From NCBI GenBank assembly GCA_030324005.1, contig JARDVH010000115.1:12097114-12161113 (forward strand): a stretch of 64,000 nucleotides of DNA, written 5' to 3'. A program made the translations under genes and the position numbers. The stretch is from Negaprion brevirostris. Lineage: Eukaryota. The notes beneath the pieces are model-generated. The model had not been told where the DNA came from and did no database searches. It saw nothing but the letters and a program-made list of their open reading frames with translations. Below are positions 24,701 to 35,900 of the stretch, piece by piece. Within the stretch, counting starts at the first letter, position 1, and the number at the start of each line of letters is the position of its first letter.

Positions 24701-27700
24701 ACAAAGGATGTTTTAATGGGGGAACTTCATTCCTACAGGAAGATTATTGCAGATTTTGGAATGTAAACTTTAACATTCATACGTACCAGCAGGAGTAGGA
24801 CGCTATCTATCTCTCAATCTCATCTCAATCGTCTGTCCTTCTGTGTCTGATTGACAGACTCCTCTGTTCTCTTGTTTCTTTTGCAATCTTTACATCTCAT
24901 TGTTTTAGGTGATAGAATTGCCATACGCCAGCTCCCAGATGGCTTGTTGCCAGTGTTGTGTTATTATCAACTTGCACTTGCAGCAAGTTACAGTGGAAAT
25001 AATAAGCAAGTTGTGAAATACAGGCAAACTTGAGTAGTTAGCACAGCAGGATGTCCTCCCCCAGCAAGTTCCAACCGAGACAAGCTGATGTTCCACTCAC
25101 CCTTTTACGAACCTCCCCCCCCCGCAGNNNNNNNNNNNNNNNNNNNNNNNNNNNNNNNNNNNNNNNNNNNNNNNNNNNNNNNNNNNNNNNNNNNNNNNNN
25201 NNNNNNNNNNNNNNNNNNNNNNNNNNNCAGACAGTGACCCAAGCCAGGAATCGAACCCAGGTCCCTGGAGCTGTGAAGCAGCAGTGCTAACCACTGTGCC
25301 ACCCTATGTATGAATTTCATTTTGAAAAGATGCGGATTTGCTGCAATATTGCCCACAGTCCTAGCATTGAAGCATGTGATACAGGAATGGAGACTATTGC
25401 TCAAAAAAAAGGGGAAAGACTGGTGGGAGGTTGCAATTAAAGAACGACAAATTCAAGTAGGCTGTTTCCATTATAATCATGGGTATAGGAATTTAATATT
25501 GAAAAGTTGGCAGGAGGTGCAAAAGGAGGAGGACAGCTTCAAAAGGTCCTGGTTGGATGAAACACCTGGTGAAAAACTGTCACACCTCAATGATAAGGGG
25601 AAATTGTGAATGTTGAAAATCTAAGACAAGCCAGAAGCACACAAGAGAAAGAAAGGCAAATTTTGAGACGTCACACTGTCTGTCTCTTTCAGAGACCACA
25701 GACACCCATTATGCATTTTCAGCTTTCAACTGCAGGATTTTAGTATCACACTGGATTAGTTCAAGATTGTAACACTGAATGAGAACAGAGAAACCGCAAG
25801 TTGCAAAAACAGGGTGATGTGAATAAAAGGCATAATCTGAGAAATAGTGATGACAGAGCTATTAACACTCCTGGGATTTTTGAAGAACAGGCAGAAACAG
25901 GTTGGGAAAGTGAAAGAACAGCAAGCGAGAAGACCAAATTTAAAGAAAAAAATATGTATTTATACATAACATATTAAAAAAATAGCACTGGGGAGGAGAC
26001 AGAAGGAGAAACAAAATAATATGCTCAGTTTCTTTGTACAAGTCAAAGACCTTTAACAATGCCACAGTATTCATAGCAGTGTCATGTCTAGCCATTGGGT
26101 ATAGGCCTTCACCCATACTGACACGCATGACAGGATAAATTCATGCCAGATACTTCCAGGAGAAAGAGTGGGTCAGCAGTCTAGCAAAGTTGTGTGCATA
26201 TATTTCTTAAACCTGCAGACTTGTCAAAAGACCCCACCTCTGTCACAGAATGGTAATCTTACTTAACCACGAAGGACCCAAATTAAAATCACCTGTGCTG
26301 AATATCATAGCATTGTACAGTTCCAATGCAAGATTCCCTCAACCTGCAAACAGACATTAAAAACAAAGTGCTGAAAAAGCACTTCAGCATGCTCTCGAGA
26401 AGAGTGATAATGGACTTGAAACATTAACATCGTTTCTCTCTCCACAGATGCTATCAGACTTGAGCATTTTTAGCTCTTTGTTTTTATTTCATATTTCCAG
26501 GATCTACAGTATTTTATTTTCATGAGCAGAAACCGATGTTTGCATTCCAGCTGCATCACTGCCATCTAGTGGTATGAAGGGATTAGTGCAAAGTTAGCTT
26601 CATAATTGCTGTAGCAAAACCAGAAGAATTAAAGCATAGCATTTCATTGGTTATCCAAAGGGCCAGGTCCAAAGTGAAGGCTCTGGGTTCAAAGTCATTA
26701 TTCTGCTGATTGTGTTTTCTGATATGGAGGGAAACAAAGAAGAAAATCAGCTCAGCTTCCTGCGAAATGCATATCTTAATTTTAAGACAAATTTGCCAAA
26801 GCATTGAACAGAAAGCAAAATCACAGCCAATGCTCCCTACAAACTCTTAATGTTTAGCCACGTAGTAACCAAGGTGACGCAGGCTGCTCACATGTTGTCT
26901 CCTTTAAGACACCACCACACACATAGTGGTATAAAAAATTTAAAGGTGCAGTGTATTCAAATAAACAGGCCATGCACATGAAAAGATTTAGGAGGCACAT
27001 TGATCACAGTGATACTGAATGAGCCACTTCATGTGCCATTACATACCTCCAATTCATTTTCATCAAATATAGCCAAGAGATTTTCTGGAATTAACTCATT
27101 CAAACCTATATAAAACAGAAAAAAAAATCATTAAACAGCAAAGTTTCCTTAATTCATACTCTTTTTGAACAGTGATATCACTTTGAAAGTAATTAATTAG
27201 CTGGAGACACTCTGAAATGTCCTGAAGGTAAAGAAGGTATAATAATTCCAGCTTCGTTCTTCCTGCTTGTTTCTTTATTTCACTGTTTTTTGTCGTTAGG
27301 CCTAATGCTTACAGCTGGCAGACAGAGGTGCACCTTATTCTCTAGTCACTGTCAATGCCCTTATAGCTAAGAAACACAGATTACACAATATAACTGAAAG
27401 ATTCTTTTGCCTTTGCTTGTTGCCTTCCTTCTCAAACATGGAAATTTCAAGAAGAGGGCAGCGATTTAAACTTGCATCTCTCCAGAACCTAAGGCAACTT
27501 TTCTCTTTAGAATTCTTCTTCTTTGGGTGGCACATAGCAACCCAGGTTCAATTCTGTCCTTGGGTGATTGTCTGTGTGGAGTTTGCACATTCTCCCTGTG
27601 TCTGAGTGGTTATCCTCTTGGTGCTCGGATTTCCTCCCACACTCCAAAGATGTGGATTGGCCATGCTAAATTGCCCCTTAGGGTCAGGGGGATAAGCAGG

Positions 27701-30700
27701 GTAAATATGTGGGGCTATGAAGACGGAGCCTGGGTGGGATTGTTGTCAGTGCAGGTTTGATGGGCCAAATTGACATCCTTCTGCACTGTAGGGATTCTGT
27801 GATTCTCTTCAACTCTTCTGCACACGTGAGTGCCCGAGGAGTATTTAGCATTCATGAGGCTTTCACAATTGACACTACACTTGGGAGAACACATGGCTAA
27901 GATGGAGGAGACAGTGTTTTCCACTTTAAAAGAAACATCTTAGGCCAACCAGCCCCAACACACGGGGCACAAACATTTATGGAACCCTGCTACAATGAGT
28001 GTCTTCACTCTGGGTTTATTTTAGCATCGGAAGAAATCTCTCCATTTATATTGCTGCAACTAAAAATAAAAGAGATTGAAGTGTAATAGTACCCAAATGC
28101 ATGGATAAGAACACAAAAGGAGGAAAATGAATTCTGTTTATACTTAACGACTTTACACAGAAGCTGATAAACATGTGGAAAAGACAGTGCTAGAATATAA
28201 GAACTGTCCATGCAGCGGTCAGCAGCAACAAGCAGAATGCTGTTCTTAGAATAAAGGACTCAACGGTGGTTTATACAAGCTAGCTCCCTAACATCTTTCA
28301 ACAGATATTTGCAGAGACTAAACTATAGATCTATTAGAAGGCTCAGAAGAGGAAATTAGAAAAGGAACATGAAATTAATTGCGCTTGCGTAAAAAGATGG
28401 GAAACTTTGGGATATGAACAAAGGGTAATGTTTGGTCCTTAGGTCAAACATTATGATTTATTTTTTGGTTATTTGGACCAATTGCACAAAATTCCACTTA
28501 ATTTCTATTAATTTCCCATCACTGCTGATGAGGTACAATATCATACCTTTAAGGAAACACTCCACTTCCTGCCGCACCTGAGTGGCCAATCTGTACTGTG
28601 CCAGCATGTTCAAGTAGAATATCTTGTTGTCGTTGGTTACTGGTATTTGTGCACCCCCTGCTATCAGCTCAATAACCTGAAAAGGTAGAAAATGAACAAT
28701 CTCAAAGTGGTGATCCAAGAAAGGATATGGGTAAATTCTCTCATTGAAACTGCCAGTAAACTCAGTGATTCCAGCATGGTGCAAGGGTATGGTATAGGTG
28801 CAAAGCACTGAGTCAAAGAATGAAAATTAATCAGAAGAAGTTGAGATTCAGATCAGAGCTCTCAATGTAACAGACTTCACAATCTGCTTCATGAGCTAGG
28901 GGATTGACTTAGTGTCTTAAATGCAGTAAGATTAATATCTTTCTCGGCCACTGAAGACAGGAATGGACAGAATAGTAACATGTGGTCCTCATAACAGAAA
29001 AGGCTGTGGGTAATCAAGCAGAGCAAGTAGATCCAAAGGTAGGATAACAAATATATTTAGGTTTGGTGTATGAAATGAAGAAGGAAAAAGAAATGATGAG
29101 GATCATGATCACGAAGGGAAGTAGGGGAAAAAAAATTTAGGAAAGTACAGGCCAGAGAGTCTCACTTCAGTGGTAAGGAAACCACTGGAAAAAGTTCTAA
29201 CAAGGGACAAAATTAATCTCCACTTGGGAGGCAAAGATTAATCAAAGATAGTCAGTATGAGTTTGTCAAAGAGAGATTATGTCTTAAAAATTTAATTGAA
29301 TTTTTCAAATGATTAGGTGTGTAGCTGAAGGAATGCAGTTGATAGACTTCAATAAAGCTTTTAACAAGGTCCCATGTGGGAAGCTGATGAATGTAAGAGT
29401 GCATGGGATCCAGGGCAATTTGGTAAACTGGATCTAAAATAGGCCTAGTGGCAGGAGGTGGAGGGTGACGGTCGACGCTTGTTCTTTGTGACTGGAAGCC
29501 TGTGTCCAGTGGTGTTCTGCAGGGACTGGTGCCAAGTTCCTTGTTGTTTGTAGTGTACATTAATGATTTGGATGGGAATGTAGGAGGTACAAGTAAGTTT
29601 GCAGGTGACACNNNNNTGACGATGTGATAAATAATGAGGAGCAAAGCCTTAGATTAAGGAATATATGGTTGGGCTCATTAGATGGGCAGAATAGTGGCAA
29701 ATGGAATTTAACCTTGGAAAGTGAGGTTATGCATTTTGGGAGACTGACAAAGCAGGGAAATATACAGAGGGAGCTTGCTGTCATGTCCATAGATCTCTGA
29801 GGACAGCAGGATAGGGAGATGAAGTAATTTAAGAAGGCATATGGGATACTTGCCTTTACTAACTGAGGCACTGAATATCAGAGCAGGGGGGTTATGATGG
29901 AGCTGTNNNNNNNNNNTTAGGCCACAGCTGGAATACTGTGGTGCAGTTCTGGTCACCACACTATAGGAAGGAAATGATTGCACAAGGAAGGTGCAGAAGA
30001 GATTCACCAGGATGTTGCCTGGGCTGGAACATTTCAGCTATCAAGAGAGACTGGATAGGCTGGAATTGTTATCCTTGGAGCAGAGAAGGCTGAGGGGAGA
30101 TGGGATTGAACTGTATAAAATCAGGAGGGGCATACTTAGGGTGGATGGGAAGGAAAGGATCCTTTAGCAAAGGGATCAATAATCAGGGGACATAGATTTA
30201 AATTAAGTGGCAGGAAATTTACAGGAGACTTGAAAGAAAACCCTTTAACTCAGAGGGTGGTGGGAATCTGGGACTCTGCCTGAAAGGGTGGTAGAGGCGG
30301 GAACCCTCACAACACTTGAAATGCCATAGCATATAAAGCTTTGGGTCAAGTGCTGGAAAATGAAATTAGAATAGATAAATGCTTGATGGCCACAATGGGC
30401 CAAAGGACTCTTTTCCATGTTGTAAAACTCTGACTCTATGAATTAACTGAAAAGACCAAAAAGGACGTTTTGCTCAGAATAAGTGGAAGAAAACGTTAAC
30501 GAATGGTACAGAAGCCTTACTATTGAACTAAATATGGAAAGTGTTAAAATCAAGCACATTCCAGTTAATGAAATAAAAAGGAGTGTATTGAAGATTGGGA
30601 TTGATTAGATTATATAGCAATATAAAAATCAGGTGAAATAAGATGAGTCAATATAGGGAAGTACAAAAAGGGAAGTTAAGGGTAAGAATGATAAAGGAAA

Positions 30701-32906
30701 GTTTCTCAATCTGGAAAAGGATGCGCGATGCTTCACAAACATCTATATTAGGCACTACTTTTACTTAAGTCCAGATCATCTATCTATATCTTAAGAATGG
30801 AAGAAACAATATCAAAATTTGCTAATGCCACCAAATTATTGGGAGAGGGATGCACACAGAAGATGTGAAAAAGACAGCAGGAAGGCTTGACAGACTGGAG
30901 GGACTGATTGTGGACAAGTCCCCAGGACCGGATGGAATGCATCCGAGGGTTCTGAAAGAAANNNNNNNNNNNNNNNNNNNNNNNNNNNNNNNNNNNNNNN
31001 NNNNNNNNNNNNNNNNNNNNNNNNNNNNNNNNNNNNNNNNNNNNNNNNNNNNNNNNNNNNNGAAGGGCTAAATGGCCTACTCCTGCTCCTATTTCTTATG
31101 TTCAGATGCAGAAATGTAAAGTTATACACTTTAAAACAGCAAGAAATATTTATACCTTAAGAGTGGCATGCAAATATGTATGTTATCAAAAGTTGGCAGC
31201 ACAAGCATAAGAAGCCCTTGGTTTTGTATCTAAAATATAAAACAATGGGATAATAGTGAAGTTCTAATGAGTCTTAACTAGGCTGCAGTTGGAAAATAAT
31301 ATGAAGTTTTTGGATCCCCTTTTAAGGATCACAAAATGATACAGCACAGAGTGGCTGTCAGCCCATCATACTTGAGCTGACTCTATGGCAGAGCTATCCA
31401 ACAAATTCCACTCTCCCATTTTTTCCCCAAGAGCTCTGAAATTATTTACCATTTCCCTCTCGAAAGCTATTATTAAATCTGCCTCCAACACCTTTTCATC
31501 AGTGTATACAAGATCACAATAGCGCAATGTGTAAATAAATGCTTCCTCATGTCACCTCTGGCTCTTTTGCCAATCATCTTAATCTGTGACTTTTGGTTAT
31601 AAAAAGGATATAAAGTCTGGATATTCCTAACAAGGGTCATTAGGATATTATCAGAAGTGATAGGTTGGTTATAAAAAGGAAATTAAGAAATTGTGGCTTA
31701 TTTTTACTGAAGTAGAGGTAGACAAGGCATGATGTGAAAGAGATCTTCAACATTACAATAGAGTAATTAACGCTAGATGGTTTTCATTAGACAGAAACGG
31801 GGCACAATGTTAGATTGCATAACAGACCTATCAAGTGAATTTAATGAACAACACTACCTTCTCCAAGTGTCCCGACTTGTTATATTTTTCCTCAGCAAAA
31901 ACAAGATCCATTTCACTCACATCATTCTTCAAGATGTAACATACTTTACTCTTGTAGAATTCTGGATCATCCGTCGCAAAATACTGCAAGCAGAGGTGAG
32001 AAGGCAGAGGGGGTGTGTAAACTATAATTGCAAAGGTCAACACTCTGATACTTGTCAAAGCAATACAGACATGAACAGTGGAAAGTGATTTTTCTCTGCT
32101 CATTGTTCCTGTGGAGCAGCACTGAGAGGCAGCGATTTTTGGGCGTGTGTGGAGGTCGTGAGTGAGGTAAATTTTCTTGTTAAATTTTTAACTTTTTATT
32201 TCTAGTTNNNNNNNNNNNNNNNNNNNNNNNNNNNNNNNNNNNNNNNNNNNNNNNNNNNNNNNNNNNNNNNNNNNNNNNNNNNNNNNNNNNNNNNNNNNNN
32301 NNNNNNNAGAGGGTCATTGCTTTTTAATTGGTCGGTGCAACATCATGGGCCGAAGGGCCTGTTCTGCGCTGTAATGTTCTATGTGGGTCACTGACACTAT
32401 TTCAAGGAAAAAGCATATTTATGATTTCCTTTCATGTCAACATTGAGCATTGGCCTACATTTATAATCTGTGCCAACATCTAATCAGAAGCTAATGAGCA
32501 ACTTAAATCAAATGCAGAATGCAAAGTAATAAATGAAGACTTGTAGCAAGAAATTTGCAACCAACCCCACCACCAAACTGGTTTCCAACAGACCAACATA
32601 TTTTCAACTTTCCATAGATTCTAGTAATTTACGTAGAAAAATACAAGGGTATAGTTAAGTATAATTGACAAAAAAACATTTCATCAACAAATTCTGCTCT
32701 TGATCTGAATGATTTCATCTGAAGTTTCACTTTCTAAATAATCCATAGCTCCATCTGGAGGCAACCATTTCCTTCAGTGGTATTGGAAAACTATTTCAGG
32801 CTGGAGGAGGAGGAGACAGAGAAAGAGAATCCATTCAGAGCCAGAATTAAAAGCTTAACCCTGTAAACACCATCAGATTTGAATTTTGTTGAACTAGGAG
32901 GGATGT

Positions 32907-32938
<32 letters not shown>

Positions 32939-35900
32939 GTGGGGGGGGGAGCATGGGGACAGAGGTCACATTGTTGGCCAATTTAAAATTTTTGTCAGGT
33001 CAACTGGAAATCATGTGGGACTGTACACAAATATATGCATCTTCAAATGAAAGTGAAATACTGTGGATGTTATAAATCTGAAATAAAAGCAGAAAATGCT
33101 GAGCTGGCCATGCAGCATCTGTGGAGGGATAAACAAAACTAATATTTCAAAGACTTTTTGTCATTAAAAGACCGCTAATATTGAACATCTTCCAGTACTG
33201 ATGAAAGAGCACGTGTATTCCAAGACCACTATGAACACAGTGATCAATAAACCCACATTACCTTGTAGTGCATCCGGAGTCCAATAATTTGTGCCAAGAA
33301 TGAACGAGTAAAGCGTGCGCAAACTAACTGTTTGTAAGCTCCACCCAGAGCAGATTCATACAGGCACTTCCCAACTACTTTTCCTGCAAACTCATACAAC
33401 TTTAGTCGGAGGTGAGGTAATCGTTCTGGGTTTGGGTGCACCTGAACAGCCAAAGAAAATAATTCCTTTTGTCATTAAGAAAATACATATTTGTACAAAA
33501 CTCAATATGGTCTCAACAAATAGTAGACAATCCCTAAATTGGTACTTCCTACCTGCAGCGAGAGAAAATAACAACTAGTGTTTATATAGTGCCTTTCACA
33601 AGCTCAGTCTTTCTGAAAGTGCTTCATAGCCAATCAAATATTCTTGTGGAACAGACACTGTGGTAGCACGAAAAAAAAATGCTTAATGTCACAATGATTT
33701 TCAGTCCATCAGCTAGAAACCCAAATTGAACCTAGAGATTTTTTAAATGTAGAGACTAAAGGTGACTTGAGCTCAAGTTAAAGATGGGTACCCCAATTTG
33801 CCTTCCACATTCCAATCTATTGGGATGGAGATAGCATGTCTACAAAGATCCATCAAGGGCAATGACTTGGGGAATATGAGCAAACTACATGTCCTGCCCC
33901 CATTAGCAAGACAATCACCTGAGATATTCAACTGTTGGTAACAAATCATTAAGCCTAATCGCTTGGGCAATAGGACCCTAGCCATGGAGAGGATCCCCAG
34001 ACACAAACTCATTGAGTTATTATGGAAATACCTCATAGGCAAATCACAATTAGGCACAGTAAGTAGTCTCACAACTTCAGGTTAAAGTCCAACAGGTTTA
34101 TTTGGTAGCACGGGCTTTCAGAGCATTACCCCTTCATCAGGTATGTGAAGAGTTCGGTTCACGAACAGAGCATACACAAACTCAATTACAAGACAATGGT
34201 TGGAATGTGAGTCTTAACAGGTAATCAAGTCTTTTACCCCTTAAGACTAGCATTCCAACCATTATCTTGTAATTGAGTTTGTGTCTATATATGCTGTTTG
34301 TGAACCAAACTCTTCACTCACCTGATGAAGGGGCAATGCTCCAAAAGCTCATGCTACCAAATAAACTTGCTAAATTTTAACGTGGGTTGTGAGGCTACTT
34401 ACCGTGCCTAACCCAGTCCAACAGCGGCAACTCCACATCATAATCACAATAGGTCCTTGCTGTGAAAAGGCAGTTCCCAGATATGAATCGATTAAAGTTG
34501 CAAAGGGGAATGTACCGGGGACAACCATGTTTGAATCACTGGGTGATGGTCATGTGACAGGCCCACCTTGTGCGTTTTAAGCTTCTGCTTTCAGAATAAG
34601 GCACAAGCACCCGAGATACTGATAAGAGGAGACTGAGAGGGTTCCTCCTTCCTCTCTCTGTCCAGCCCACATTGTAGGCCTCATTCTCTGTTTCCTGACT
34701 GTGACCACCCGGGTAAGAGAGAGTCATGCAGACTGGAAACATTAACTCTGTTTCCCTCTCCATAGATGTTGCCAGACCCGCTGAGCTTTTCCAGCACTTT
34801 GTTTTAGTTCAGTCTGCATCTTTAAATTGGAAGCATCAGAATCAAAGGAGAGTCGCAAAACCAAATTCTGCCTGAAGTCAGCAGAGTCATTAAAGTTTAG
34901 AGTGCATGTTCCTTTTATTTTAATGGACTCCAATTTGACCAGTATATGCTACCCTTTGAATAAGGGTATCACTAAGCTCATTTGAAGTCGTGCTCCTAAA
35001 ACCGGCAAAGAGGGGCTTTCCCCAACAACACAGGGAGCAGTGGTGAAAGAACAGAATTTGAACTCAATGCATCAACCAGTCTACCTATCACATTTAAAAT
35101 ATAATTTATTTCCGAGTCAGAAATACTACTTTCTATGGCTTTAATAAACAATTTATTACAAACTGAAATTAACTTTTACTTATCGAATTTTGTGCAAAAT
35201 ATATACTCACCAGCCCCTGGTTATTGTCACTGAAGTGCATGAACAGACCATTGCTTTTGTCAAAGAGCGCTTTACACGTCAGTTCAAACCATTCCCTGCG
35301 TGGACCACCCCAATCCAATGCTGAAACAATACACAAATGCATCCTTAGATTCTTCCAGCATTACTTCAGGAAAATAAGGTTACAACATAATTGTTGATTC
35401 TGTCAACAATTCTCCAAGGTAAATAGGGTATTGATATTTGGAAATGGTGATGACTGCACACAGAATAGTAACATTGAAATTATATTAAAAATTAATTACT
35501 ATGGGGTAACTTTAGAACCATCTAAATGGGTGAATTAAGAGACCTGAATGGCTTCCTTTAATTACAAAGGACGTGTGATCTTGGAGAAAAATGCTTTGGG
35601 CAGCTAATAAATGTGGCAACATAGCCACAAATGTATCTCAAGAAGCTAGAGGAATGCAAAGAGGATGGGAAACAGAATTGGGTGGAATTTATCTTGGAAT
35701 AAGTCAGAAGCGAACACAGTTGCCAAGGGAAAAAATCCTTGGAAGACACCACTATCCTGCTGCCAGGGTGTATAGGCAATGATGAAACTAACTTGACATG
35801 ACTAAGGTCCAGCGACACAGGAGGCTCTNNNNNNNNNNTTCAAAAGGAAGACGTGATGTGCACCTGCCAGATCATTGGGCTAGAGGTACCCTCCGGTTGT

